A stretch of DNA of 64,000 nucleotides from the NCBI GenBank assembly GCA_963780185.1, contig CAWABA010000006.1, forward strand, positions 881,404 to 945,403, written 5' to 3'. Shown here in pieces: positions 1-10,862 of the stretch (the stretch's first letter is position 1; the number at the start of each line of letters is the position of its first letter). Made by a program: the position numbers and the translations under genes. The notes beneath the pieces are model-generated. The model worked only from the letters and a program-made list of their open reading frames with translations, searched no databases and had not been told where the DNA came from. Origin of the DNA: Candidatus Bathyarchaeota archaeon (GTDB lineage Archaea > Thermoproteota > Bathyarchaeia > Bathyarchaeales > Bathycorpusculaceae).

Positions 1-574
1 TCAAACAACCAAATAGTCGGCAACACCGAAGGCTTCTACATCACATCAAGCAGCGGAAACACAATTTACCGAAACGACATATCCAACAACCCCACAGCAA
101 TCTCAACTGACTACGGCGGCTTTGTCGTCTACGACAACAACTTCTCAAACAACACAACCCCAGTTGTCACAGCCTACGATGCCCTGTACGATGAGCAACA
201 CTTCAGTGCGATGCCAAACTGGGATTACCATGGCGTCGGCAACTACTGGGCTGACTACCAAGCAAAATACCCCAATGCAGCAACAGACAGCTCGGGCGTG
301 TGGAGTCAGCCTTACGTGGTAGACGCAAACTCCGGCATCGTTGACAACTACCCACTTTCCGCCCAGGTTCCGCTCTCTGACAGTGGCAGTGACCACGCAG
401 ACTTCTCAGCATAAGTTGGCGACCCCTTCGCTATACATAGTGCTAATTTACGCAGTAGCCGGAGTTACCATTGCACTCTTAGCGGTCCTAGCCTTCATGA
501 CCTATCGGCAACAAAAAACTAAAGCTGCCGCAGTTGAAAGTAAGCAAGCGCTCACCGAGGCAGCGAAAGTATAG
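1..574 (+). CDS. C-terminal part of a NosD/right-handed beta-helix surface protein with C-terminal TM anchor (runs off window start; frameshifted)
   Basis: N-rich repeats (GNTIYRNDISNN), GNYWADY...VDNYPL motif in ORF 211..414, TM plus basic tail in ORF 341..574. Confidence 0.7.
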
Positions 575-598
575 TTTAAAAAACAAAGGTGAATATGC

Positions 599-2034
599 AT
601 GCAGTTAAGGAAGAGACTTAAAGACTTTAGAAATTGGTGCCCGCAGCCCCCAGACCGTCTGCCTACAAAATTGAAGCGTTACTCGATGCCTATTGCGGCT
701 GTGGTTACGGCTACCCTTATTTTATCCGTGTCATTTTTCGTATTTTCATCAAGCTTAATGCCGTCCGCTCCAATTGTGCCCTTAGTTAATGTGCCTGTTT
801 CAGCAACTCCCACGTTACTCTGGAAACACAACATTAATGCTACTGAAGGCTACGGAGCTTCTTCTCCAGTGGTGGTCAACGGCGTAGTTTACACAAGCGA
901 GAACAACTACGTTTACGCTCTAAACGCAACCGACGGCACCCAGCTCTGGGATTACTTCACAGGCGGCGGAGTTGTTTCTAAACCTGCAGTTGCCGATGGT
1001 GTCGTTTACGTTAATACGGACTTTTCCATTGACGCTTTGAATGCTACTGACGGCTCGCAGATTTGGAGTAACGAGCCTCAACATGATGTGCCCGTTGGTT
1101 TCTCTTCTCCGACTGTTGCCGACGGAGTCGTCTATGCTGGCACAACCACTTTAGACACCATTTGGACAATCGTGAAGGCAACGTTTACGCCATAAACGCA
1201 ACCAACGGCAAAACAGTTTGGACCACTCCGCCCTTCGCTGGCTTCGCCACCGTTCCTTCATCGCCCACGGTCGCCGACGGGGTAGTCTACATAGGTGCTG
1301 AGGGCGCGTTTGGCTGGGATATTCGTCCAGGTACGTCAATAAGCCAGATTTGCTATGGCGTTTATGCTTTGAATGCTACGAGCGGAGCGCAACTCTGGAA
1401 GTACAACATAGGTTACTCCGGTGGGGCGTCTCCAGTTGTTGTCGGCGGAGTCGTCTACTACGTCCCAGAAGAAAATAACTTATTCGCATTAAACGCTACG
1501 AGCGGCGCAGAAATCTGGAATTACAGCGCGCCCATGGGCAACCCCTCTCAAGGCAATCCTTACAATGTCAACGTTGATTCGTATCCTGCCGTTGTCGACG
1601 GCATCGTGTACTTGGGCTCAGATGAAGGCAACGTTTACGCTTTCAACGCCGCCAGCGGCACTATACTCTGGAATTACACGATTGGCAAGGGAGCTCTGTC
1701 GACTCCCAATGTCGCCGATGGAGTTTTGCACGTTGGTTCATCTGATGACAATATTTACGCTTTGAACGCCACAAACGGTGTCGAACTGTGGAGCTACCCC
1801 ACCAGCGGCGCAGTTGATTCTCCAGCTGTAATCAACGGGGTGCTCTACGTGGGCGGAGGCAACAACATTTATGCTTTAAGAGTTTCACCTGCCATGAGTT
1901 CTTCGGTTAAGACGCACCTCTCTGTGCAAATTATGATCGGCGTAGTGGTTTTTGCATTCATTGTTGTTGCATTAGTGCTTGTTCTGGCGCTAAAAAGGAA
2001 ATTAAAAACAGGTGACAAAGATGGGCATGCGTAA
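599..2034 (+). CDS. PQQ-binding-like (BamB-type) beta-propeller membrane protein, frameshift near 1160
   Basis: Repeated SSP.V.DGVVY...YALNA.G..LW motifs in ORFs 599..1195 and 1162..2034; N- and C-terminal TM helices; GGTGA RBS upstream. Confidence 0.85.
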
Positions 2035-2105
2035 AAGATTGAGGATTGATGTCCTCAGCCTTTAGTGCCCTTAAATTAAAAAAATTGTCTTCAGCAGTAT
2101 CTTTT

Positions 2106-2429
2106 TTACCAGCCGTGTTTAATTGTTGATGCTGTTTGCGGATGCTTGTTTTTCTTTTCGTCTTTTTTGTGGTTGAACCTTTTGATTTTGACTGCGTTGC
2201 CTTCTACGGCGGTCCAGTGGGTGCTGTTTAGCCTTTTGCTGTTGACGAATTTGGTTACCATCCTCTGCAATTCAAAGGTGGAAACCTCTTCGCCTTTCAA
2301 GGTTAATCCGTCGGAGATTATGGTTGAGGTTAATTTGAAGTGTTTTTGCAGAAAGTTGGCGAGGCTCTCCTTCTCCTCGTCTAAATCGGGCATTTCGACT
2401 CTTACAGGGTTTTGGCTCTTTGACATCAA
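2106..2429 (-). CDS. small basic protein, possible eL22 (L22e)-like ribosomal protein paralog
   Basis: 107 aa; pattern L..FLQKH...LQRMVTKFV..KRL resembles L22e FL...LK.L.KKFL.K..L (recognition by eye only). Confidence 0.45.
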   Translation of the reverse strand: MMSKSQNPVRVEMPDLDEEKESLANFLQKHFKLTSTIISDGLTLKGEEVSTFELQRMVTKFVNSKRLNSTHWTAVEGNAVKIKRFNHKKDEKKNKHPQTASTIKHGW

Positions 2430-2597
2430 ATCTTGCCAGCCTAATTCTATTGGCGATGCTTCAAGCTATTAAATCCTACCTAAATACAAGCGCAAACAAA
2501 CATTTTTGGAGACTAAAAACCCATTACCGACGAGGTTACCGTCAACTTTAACTTATAACGACGCTCAAGTTAAGACAAATAGAAAGGTGTCGTTTCG

Positions 2598-3971
2598 GTG
2601 AAGAAAACCAAGATTGTCTGCACAGTTGGACCCGCAAGCTTCTCCAAACATGTCATTGAAAAAATGTTCCATGCGGGCATGAACTGCGTGAGAATAAACA
2701 CGGCTTACGGGAACCTTGACCAGTACGAATCGACGATTGAGACGGTTCGCCAAGTTACCAACCTGCCCGTGATGGTTGACATCAAGGGACCTGAAATCAG
2801 AATCCGAACAACCCAACCCAAAACACTCGGCAAGGGAGACATCTTGGAGGTCGGCTTCAACGGCGAAGACGTCTGCTTCAACCACGACTTATACGACGAA
2901 ATCGCCGTCAACGACTTAATCTTAATTGACAACGGCAAAATCAGAACTCACGTCACGGAAAAATCAAACCATAAGCTGTGCCTGAAATTTGCGAGCTGCG
3001 GCACAATAGAAGACGGCAAAGGAGTCAACATCCCAAACAAACGCCTTTCCGTACCCACCCTGTGCGAATGGGACCGAGAAATCCTTAAGATCTGCAAAAA
3101 ACTCGACGTTGAATACGTCGCGCTTTCGTTCACAAGAAACGCCAAAGATGTCGAAAACCTGCTTCAAGCGCACAGGTTCGAAGGCGGCGTCATTGCGAAA
3201 ATAGAGAATTCCGAAGGCGTCCAAAACATGGAGGAGATTTTGGCGGTTGCCAGCGGGATAATGGTTGCGAGAGGCGACTTGGGTATCGAAATTGAGCCTG
3301 AAAAGGTTCCTCTTGTTCAGAAGTCGCTTATTAAGGAATGTAACCAGAAGGGCAAAGTGGTTGTGACGGCTACAGAAATGCTCGAATCTATGATTCATCA
3401 GCCGTGCCCCACAAGAGCCGAGGTAAGCGATGTCGCCAACGCGATACTGGACGGCTCAGACGCCGTTATGCTTTCAGGGGAAACCGCGGTGGGCTCGTAT
3501 CCTGTGGAAGCTGTTAAGATGATGACGCGGATAGCTAACGAAATCGAAAAAGTCGCGAAAAGCAACGTTGAGGACACCGCCTTCATCAACATCTCCGACA
3601 CCGTAAGCAAGGCAATCCAGAACATATGCAAAAGCATGCCCGTCCACAAAGTCGTAACCTTAACCCGCTCAGGATACACAGCGCGAATGATTGCGCGCTT
3701 CAAGATAAGCCAACCTGTGATTGCTGTGACGCCCGACTTGAAAGTTAAAAGGCAGCTGGAGCTGATTTTCGGCGTTGAACCCGTTCTGATTAATTATCTT
3801 GAGGAGAAAGACAGGGTTACGCATGTTGCTAACCAGCTTTGCGCGATGGGTTTGGTGAACGAAAAAGAAACTGTTCTGTTTACTTCTGGTGTGAGGACAA
3901 TGATGAAGCATGCGAGCAACTCGATTGAGATTCATAAAATAGAGGAGCTGCGGCAGTTCGCTTCTACTTAA
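2598..3971 (+). CDS. pyk: pyruvate kinase
   Basis: KTKIVCTVGP, DIKGPEIR, IAKIEN, MVARGDLG, RAEVSDVANAILDG, MLSGETA. Confidence 0.97.
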   Translation: MKKTKIVCTVGPASFSKHVIEKMFHAGMNCVRINTAYGNLDQYESTIETVRQVTNLPVMVDIKGPEIRIRTTQPKTLGKGDILEVGFNGEDVCFNHDLYDEIAVNDLILIDNGKIRTHVTEKSNHKLCLKFASCGTIEDGKGVNIPNKRLSVPTLCEWDREILKICKKLDVEYVALSFTRNAKDVENLLQAHRFEGGVIAKIENSEGVQNMEEILAVASGIMVARGDLGIEIEPEKVPLVQKSLIKECNQKGKVVVTATEMLESMIHQPCPTRAEVSDVANAILDGSDAVMLSGETAVGSYPVEAVKMMTRIANEIEKVAKSNVEDTAFINISDTVSKAIQNICKSMPVHKVVTLTRSGYTARMIARFKISQPVIAVTPDLKVKRQLELIFGVEPVLINYLEEKDRVTHVANQLCAMGLVNEKETVLFTSGVRTMMKHASNSIEIHKIEELRQFAST

Positions 3972-4124
3972 AGACCTTTGGGTTTGGCGCGGCATGTTGC
4001 AGGGCTTTAGACAAAAATATGTTTAAGCGTGACATTCAAACATGTATTATCCATTCGAAAACTATGGAAAGTTTTTTATTCTATAATGATAAAGCATGGA
4101 AGCGGTAATACGGAGGAAAAAAGA

Positions 4125-4295
4125 ATGGCAAAATGTCCAAAATGTTCAACCGAAGTTTCAAAAGCAAAAAAGACTTGGAAAATGGCAGGGCGTCCAGACA
4201 AAGCTGGAAAACGCATGCAACTCGAAATCGGACTTTACGAGTGCCCGAAATGCGGTAACGTCTTCCGCGAAGTTTTAAGCAAACAGAAAATCTAA
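4125..4295 (+). CDS. Cren7-like chromatin protein with CxxC..CxxC zinc ribbon
   Basis: 56 aa MAKCPKC...KTWKMAG...IGLYECPKCGNVFR matches Cren7 pattern KVW.L...IGLF.....G..FR; GGAGG RBS. Confidence 0.7.
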   Translation: MAKCPKCSTEVSKAKKTWKMAGRPDKAGKRMQLEIGLYECPKCGNVFREVLSKQKI

Positions 4296-4408
4296 ATTTG
4301 CAACCGAAAAACAGTTGCATTTCCCGTATCTTTATCTTTTTTCTTTTTTGGAAGAAACTTTAAGGCTTAGAAGCCGTATTCAATCGAAATTATTGCTGAG
4401 GCTAAAGC

Positions 4409-5086
4409 TTGAGGTTCCTTAGGCGAATGTGGAAAAACGAGTACTTCAAAACCGCAGTCGCCATCGCGTTAATTGTCGGGGTTGCCTTCGGGTTGCTGGT
4501 CGGCATCCAGCAGGTCCTTCACACTTCTTCTCCCGCGTTGACTGTTGAAAGCAGCAGCATGAGCATTCCCTATGATTTTCAACCAGGCCCGCCTTATCCT
4601 TTGAGTTATGTCTTAATAACGTTACAGCACCCATTTGATAGAACCCTAAATATCGGGGACATTATAATTGTGGAAGGCGTAAACACAAGCGACTTAAACA
4701 CCAATTACCCTAACAGCGACATCATCGTGTTCCATGAACCCGGCGACTATAAAACTTTGATAGTTCACCGCATCGTCCGCACGGAAACAGTCAACGGCAC
4801 CCTTTACTTCATCACCAAAGGCGACGGTAACGGAAACCATTGGCCGCAGACCCCAACGGGCGGCTGGGATGCATGGGACAGCAATAACCCGCCGGGAGTG
4901 CCAGCAAGCGCCGTGGTCGGCAAGGTGGTTATGCGTATTCCATGGTTGGGTTGGGTGCCGCTTTTTATGAAGAATGACTCGTGGGGTTTGCCAGTTGTCA
5001 TCACCATCATAATGTTGCTTGTAATCGTCGAATTTGTCGTTCCTGAGCTGCGGAAGAAAAGACCTGAACAACAGAAACAGACTTAG
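4409..5086 (+). CDS. sec11: signal peptidase I (S26, archaeal Sec11 type)
   Basis: TM, VESSSM (Ser), GDIIIV, IVHR (His), TKGD.N, GKV...IPWLG. Confidence 0.9.
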   Translation: MRFLRRMWKNEYFKTAVAIALIVGVAFGLLVGIQQVLHTSSPALTVESSSMSIPYDFQPGPPYPLSYVLITLQHPFDRTLNIGDIIIVEGVNTSDLNTNYPNSDIIVFHEPGDYKTLIVHRIVRTETVNGTLYFITKGDGNGNHWPQTPTGGWDAWDSNNPPGVPASAVVGKVVMRIPWLGWVPLFMKNDSWGLPVVITIIMLLVIVEFVVPELRKKRPEQQKQT

Positions 5087-5167
5087 CGCGGGGCACAGAT
5101 GTCTTTATAAAGTAAGTTTTTGATAGTGAGGATATTTAAGGGCGGTTAATGCAAAGGGGGAGATTGT

Positions 5168-5728
5168 GTGCCGAAAGTTAAAGCTACAATAAGCGTTGAA
5201 AACGTGGTCGCTTCTGCAACTCTTAACCAGAAAGTTGATTTGAACGCTGTCGTTAAAGGTTACCCAGGCGTTGAGTATCGCCCTGAACAGTTTCCAGGCT
5301 TAGTTTTCCGTTTGAAACGCCCCAAAACAGCCACTTTAATTTTCAGTTCAGGAAAGATGGTTTGCACAGGCGCCAAGTCGGAGAAAGAAGCCCGCCGAGC
5401 CGTCATGAAAGTGATTAAGGAGCTTAAGAAAGGCGGCATCATAATAATCAGCAAACCCGAACTTAAAATCCAGAACATTGTGGCTTCAGGCAGTTTAGGC
5501 GGCATGATTGATTTGGAGAAGGCGGCTTACACTTTGGGGCACGCCATGTATGAACCTGAGCAGTTCCCAGGCTTAATCTACCGCATGCAGGAGCCCAAAG
5601 TCGTGATTTTGCTTTTTGCAAGCGGAAAACTTGTCTGCACAGGAGCCAAACAGGAACCAGACGTTTACGTAGCAGTGGAAAAATTGCATACGCTACTTGA
5701 AGAAACCAACCTCATATTCTACGATTAA
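5168..5728 (+). CDS. tbp: TATA-box-binding protein
   Basis: Two repeats NVVAS/NIVAS, YEPEQFPGL, IFSSGKMVCTGAK. Confidence 0.98.
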   Translation: MPKVKATISVENVVASATLNQKVDLNAVVKGYPGVEYRPEQFPGLVFRLKRPKTATLIFSSGKMVCTGAKSEKEARRAVMKVIKELKKGGIIIISKPELKIQNIVASGSLGGMIDLEKAAYTLGHAMYEPEQFPGLIYRMQEPKVVILLFASGKLVCTGAKQEPDVYVAVEKLHTLLEETNLIFYD

Positions 5729-5735
5729 GACACGG

Positions 5736-6365
5736 TTATTTTTTCTTTACTTGTTTGAGGATTGTTTTTAGGCTTTCTTTGTCTATCAAGCCAGTGTCGT
5801 AGAGTACGTTTGCGATTTCGCTGATTTTCAGCATGGAGTGAAGTTTTATTCCGCTTTTTTCAAGTTGCGCTGCTCCGCCTTCTTCCCTGTCAAGGAAAAC
5901 GATTGCGTCGGTTACTACGCCGCCTTCGGCTCTGACGGTTTCAGCGGCTTTCTTGAGCGTTAATCCCGTGGTGACTAAGTCGTCGATTAGAAGCACTTGG
6001 TCTCCTGAAACCAAGATTCCTTCAACCCGCCGCTCTCTGCCGCGAAGCCGAACTCCCTTGCGCACGTATAGGAACGGTTTTTCAAGGTTATAGGCAACTT
6101 GGGACGCAAAAATGATGCCGGTCAACGGTACCCCTGCAATTCTGTTAAAGCTTTTTGCTTCGATTTGGCTTTGGATGTATTGGGCGTAGAAGTCGCAGAT
6201 TTCTCGGAATGCATCGGGGAAACTGGGGATAACGCGCAGATCCACGTAGTATGGGCTTGCTTTTCCGCTTGAAAGCTTGAAAACCCCAAACTTTACCGCG
6301 TCGACTTTGGAAAGTATGTTTGCCATTTTTTCTTTCTTTACTTGAATCGACTGGTCAACTTTCAT
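5736..6365 (-). CDS. pyrE: orotate phosphoribosyltransferase
   Basis: FKLSSGKASPYYVDLR, YVRK, VLLIDDLVTTG PRPP motif. Confidence 0.93.
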   Translation of the reverse strand: MKVDQSIQVKKEKMANILSKVDAVKFGVFKLSSGKASPYYVDLRVIPSFPDAFREICDFYAQYIQSQIEAKSFNRIAGVPLTGIIFASQVAYNLEKPFLYVRKGVRLRGRERRVEGILVSGDQVLLIDDLVTTGLTLKKAAETVRAEGGVVTDAIVFLDREEGGAAQLEKSGIKLHSMLKISEIANVLYDTGLIDKESLKTILKQVKKK

Positions 6366-6369
6366 TTTT

Positions 6370-7059
6370 TCACTTCCTTTTTGACACCTGATAAATCTTG
6401 TTCTGTTCAGGAACCAAGCATGTTGTCCTCGGCATCTCCTTCTTCATTATCTGGGCAAATTCCCGTTGGCTTTCGGCGGACGCTGTGTGGTATGGTACGG
6501 CGACTTGAGGCTTAATCAACTGTGCAATTTCAAAGCCTGTCTGCGGCGTGGAGCCTGGAGCGATGCCGACCGTGCAGAAAACCACGTCAAATTTTTCTTT
6601 TTGACCCATAAGAGCCATCTCCGGAAAAGGCAAGCTGTCGGCGGTATGGTAAACTTTTACGCCGTCTTCACTGGTAATTATGTAAGTTACGGGTGCTTTG
6701 GCGTTGTGGTTGCATTTCTCCGCTTTAACTGTGACTTCGCCGATTTTGATTTCTACGCCCGGCTTGGCTTCCTGCAGTTTGCCCATAGGTACGACGTACT
6801 GGAGTTTTTTGGTGGATGCTGAGTCGGCGATGATGGTGCAGTCGGTTTCTTTCTGGATTTCCGCTATTAGCCGTGGGTCAAGGTGGTCGTAGTGCTCATG
6901 CGTTATCAGGACGGCGTCGACGTTTTGGAGGCTTTTGGATTTGATGTCCACTGGGTCTATGGCGAGGGTTTTAGTGGGGGTTTTCAGAAGGATTCCAGCG
7001 TATTGGTTGAACCAAACGAAGAGGATGGCGTTTTTTTCAGGTATTTTCTGTATCGACAT
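6370..7059 (-). CDS. MBL-fold metallo-hydrolase (UlaG-like)
   Basis: IDP, ITHEHYDHLD, YHTAD, VPYH. Confidence 0.88.
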   Translation of the reverse strand: MSIQKIPEKNAILFVWFNQYAGILLKTPTKTLAIDPVDIKSKSLQNVDAVLITHEHYDHLDPRLIAEIQKETDCTIIADSASTKKLQYVVPMGKLQEAKPGVEIKIGEVTVKAEKCNHNAKAPVTYIITSEDGVKVYHTADSLPFPEMALMGQKEKFDVVFCTVGIAPGSTPQTGFEIAQLIKPQVAVPYHTASAESQREFAQIMKKEMPRTTCLVPEQNKIYQVSKRK

Positions 7060-7326
7060 AACTTGATTCCTCGAAAAGAATTATGTCGTTAGCTTGTTAA
7101 AGAAGTTGCGTTTGCTCAACATACGCATCAGCCAGCGCTCCATCTGCCGCCATGCCGAAAAGTGACCAAGCAGATTTTCCCTGTCCTTCTTCTTCTCGCG
7201 CCCAAACGGCTGGCAATCTGAAGTTTATTAATAATTGTTCGTTTGTTCAACAGGTTGGGCGGGTTTGTTTTTTGGGAATAAAGGTTATGTAGGTAACCAT
7301 TCGCTTGTCCTATTAGGGAGGGCCCT

Positions 7327-7965
7327 TTGATGGGGTCATTGAAAGGTTTAGGAGAAGGCTTTCTAGTAGCGACAGGAATAATTTGGAGTTTCAGCATAGC
7401 GTCCCTTTTCAAAAGTGGCGACGCATGGCTAGCTCTGCTTTACCTGATGATTCTAGCCATCCCAGTTTCCACTCTATTGCTCTTTAGGCTGAGAAAAAAG
7501 AAATCTGAAGCCCATTTTGAAGGTGCCAATAAATGGCGGGAAATGATGTTTTCCGTTCAAGGAGTCGCTTTAGCCTTCTGGGGCTTCGACATCATAACGA
7601 CGTTCTACGCCATCAACGTGACGCGTTTAGCGTACGAGTTGAACCCGCTTGGTTGGCCGCTTGGAATTTTAGGCGGATTCGCATTCTACGGTCCAGCAGT
7701 GGTTTTCTCGTATGTTTTGCTTTACAGGTTCAAGGAAAAAATCGCGTTGTACGCTGCAATGTTGTTATCGATGGTTACGGTTGTCATGGGCATGATGAAT
7801 CTTTTGGCTGGAGCCCAAAACTTCCAAGTGTTCGTTGAAACCGCCGCGTTGACGACGGGGATACGGTTTGGGTTGTTGGCCGTGGTTGGCACGGTGTGTT
7901 TGATCGTTCCCTTAGCGTTGAAGCGAACAATGACCCAGCCCAAATCCAAGCCGCTTCTGTCTTAA
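7327..7965 (+). CDS. multi-pass membrane protein (DUF5658-like)
   Basis: About 6 hydrophobic segments; D..TT......E.NP motif. Confidence 0.6.
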   Translation: MMGSLKGLGEGFLVATGIIWSFSIASLFKSGDAWLALLYLMILAIPVSTLLLFRLRKKKSEAHFEGANKWREMMFSVQGVALAFWGFDIITTFYAINVTRLAYELNPLGWPLGILGGFAFYGPAVVFSYVLLYRFKEKIALYAAMLLSMVTVVMGMMNLLAGAQNFQVFVETAALTTGIRFGLLAVVGTVCLIVPLALKRTMTQPKSKPLLS

Positions 7966-7985
7966 AGCACGCATTTCAGAATCCG

Positions 7986-10288
7986 TTATGCACCCAAATA
8001 TTTTGTTAAGGTGCTGGTGGATGCTCCGTTGACTGCGTCGCGGATTGTTTTCGCCGTATAACCCTTAAAGCTTAGCAGGTTGGCGGCTGAAGCGTAAAGC
8101 AGAAGCAGATACTTTTTTGTGTCGGCATGCACGCCCCTATCGATAAGCTGCTCCGCCACAACCCGTCTATGATGCCGTTTGTTTTCTGAATCTGTAAAAA
8201 CAAAAGCCAAGTTTGTGCCCGCATTAACTTCCACGCCGCTCTTAACCAACTGCTCCGCCACAATCACTTGGCTTACATGCTGCCTGTAACTTTTAGGGTC
8301 CTTAGACAGGTGCTTAGTTATGATTAAATCCCAAACGGGAACTTCGCCGTTGATTAGTTTTTGCCGATAAGCCTTAACCACCTGCAGGGCGTCAGGGATT
8401 TTCTGCGTAAACTCCGCTGAATTGTTTGCGGAAGCCAACACGTTGATCATTTCCATCTGGAGGTTGTAGATGAACCGCGGCGTATCTCTTCGGCGCACCT
8501 CTAAACCTCTGACCTTGATTTTGCCGTTGTCCATGGCGCCGTAGTAACGGTTTAAGACGCTGACGCGGGGATGCATGGTGGAAGGCAAAAAAACAATCCA
8601 TTTGTAGCGTCCCTCAAAATTTATGGGAACCCCAATCTCGTCAGTAATCACCTTGCAGAGGTGACGGTACTCTTCCATGGTTGCGTTTTCTTTTTTTAGC
8701 CAGAACGAATCCACTATGCCGTGGATAACCTCGAAGCCTTCGTCTTCCGCGAGGTGTGTTGCTTTAAGAAAGGCTTCTCGGGCAAAAGCGCAGACGCCGA
8801 TGTGCCCATCAACTGAACCGAATTTTGAGTTGCTAAAACCCAAGTAGCCGAAGCATGTGACCAAGATCCATTTTAGCGCTGTCTGACGTTTATCGTACAC
8901 CTGCTTAAGCGTTTTATCAGAAGTTTCATCCCGTAACCGTTTGTAGCTGAGCCGTTTGGTTAATGCCAGCTTGACGGTTTTCGGAACCATGCCGACGCGT
9001 TTTGTGCAGATGTGGTAGTTTAAGTCGGGAATCCTAATCGGGGAATCGGGGCAGCATTTGCAAAGCACTGTTTCCGCTGAAATATTGTATTTCGCCATCA
9101 GGCTTGGGTACATGGAAGAGAAATCTAGTCCCCGATTGAATCATGCAGTCCCAGCCGTGGCTCAAAAACGAGTCCTCCGCGGTCGCCGACAAGCAGGTCA
9201 AGGGCTGATTTGAAGGCTTCAGTGTTTTTCTTGTTTCTCGGCAGCAAAATGTCGTCTTGCAGGGCTTGATAGTACTGGATAGAAGACATGCTGGAGCCGA
9301 TTGAGAAACGCGCCGCCGTATGCAGGGGGACTCTGCAGGTTCGCGCTATTTCGATAAAGCCGTCTAAACCTGATTCGCCGATGATGAAGGTGTTATGTTC
9401 GTCAACGTGGATTCTGCCATAGAGTCGAATGGTGCTTGCCCGATAAAACGTGTGTCCATACGAAAAGAAAGTTTGCCCCGACGCAGTTTTCCTGCTGAAA
9501 GGCTTGTTGTCCCTGCTTAAAACAAACTGGTCTATGACGCCGTTTTCTGTTGCTCTGTGAATGAGGTATGGGAAAAGGTACGAGTCGCCTGACTGGGTTA
9601 AAATTATGTCGGGGTCTAACTTGTTTACCGCATAGACAAACTGCAACAGCTTAGTCGCTTCGTCGCCATAATCAATCGCAATCTCGTCTTGGTCATCCAG
9701 CTTTAAGGTGATGCTGCGGATTTCATCCTCGAAACCTGCGACAACGCCGCTTTTGGCAACATCCACCTCGAGCCTCAGGATACGCATCTGCGGAACGGCG
9801 TAGTCTATGCTTTCCACCGAATCCAAAAGCTTGTAATCCAAGCCTGATTTCCCGTATTTGACTTCCATAAAGGCAAGTGGGAACAAGCCGCGGCTGAAAA
9901 GGTACGAGCGGTCATCTTGGATGTCGCAGTTATAAAGTTCATAACGCAAATAATCGCCCATCCGCAGGATTTCAAGCGTTAACCCACGAATCGATCGGCA
10001 ATCCTTAACCGTTACTTCTAGCACCGGGGATTTTTCGGCGTCCGTGGCTTGCGCGTATTTCTGCACGAACCGCACCGAAGCGATTTTCTCGTTATCGTAT
10101 AGTCGGCTGATTAGGGTTTGGAGTTCGTCTTGTCTGCCTGAAACATAGATGCAGGGCTGAAACTTGTCAGTCAGCTTGACGCGTTCACCACTCTCCGTTA
10201 TTACCCACACAGCAACTTTGCCGAAGTCGCTGGGGTAAACATCAAGCAGCCAACCCCTAATTGCCTTTGGCACGCTCATCTGCTGCAT
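7986..10288 (-). CDS. polB2: family B DNA polymerase, PolB2 group (frameshift near 9125)
   Basis: GWLLDVY N-terminus; motif A restored across a 1-nt deletion as GE-LDFSSMYP; KWILVTCFGYLG; degenerate motif C HGIVDS; NRYYG; RGLEVRRRD. Confidence 0.9.
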
Positions 10289-10526
10289 CTAAAGCCTTCT
10301 CTAAACGCGTAATCTGCTTCTGCTGCGACACCAAAATCGAAAGAACCATCGGCTCAAACAGTATAGGCTGCGTTGCGTTGCTTCCAGCTGAAGCGTAGTT
10401 TCGGCAAGCATCCATCAAAGCGTCAAAGGCTTCTCTATCTTCGATCCGCAGAGCTTTGGCAAAGCCGTTCCAGCGGCGGATTTCATCCTCTATCGCCATG
10501 CGGTAGGACTCCACGGTTTTACCCAT
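10257..10526 (-). CDS. PolB2-associated small helical protein (arCOG07300-like)
   Basis: MGKTVESYR...W..F..ALR.EDREAFD.L....R.YA.A; directly upstream of polB2 as in known PolB2 operons. Confidence 0.8.
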   Translation of the reverse strand: MGKTVESYRMAIEDEIRRWNGFAKALRIEDREAFDALMDACRNYASAGSNATQPILFEPMVLSILVSQQKQITRLEKALDAADERAKGN

Positions 10527-10608
10527 AAGGCAGCCGCCTCCAATGATGCTGTTTATTTTTGTTCATGCTCTTTCTGCTCCCATCTTTGAAGGGCAGCAAA
10601 AAAGCCGA

Positions 10609-10679
10609 CATAACTATTAAACCATCAACTCAAACGACATGGCAACGCAGTGGAGGGTAAACTGAAAGTGAATGTTTCC
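10609..10679 (+). repeat. 70-bp dispersed element, copy 1 (BRE/TATA-like plus leader)
   Basis: 64/71 identical to the reverse complement of 32162..32231; first 30 nt identical. Confidence 0.85.
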
Positions 10680-10862
10680 AGAATAAAATTAACTAACTAC
10701 TTGAGAGCTTATCGGGTATAGGACACTGTAAAGTAAGAATTTGTCAGTATTAATATTAATTTAGACCATAAAAGAAAAGAGAACATAAACCTTCGAGAGT
10801 ACCCGTTAAGAGCCCTAACCGCTTAATTACTCTGGAAACTTTAGTATGTTTTGGGAAAGGGT

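Noticed and set aside
9113-9130. Naturally split or programmed-frameshift PolB2
   Set aside because: One missing base restores GELDFSSMYP; no slippery site; same error pattern as many other genes.
10609-10679. c-di-GMP or fluoride riboswitch in the 70-bp repeat
   Set aside because: GGTAAAC..GAAA resemblance only; the required stems and conserved motifs are absent.
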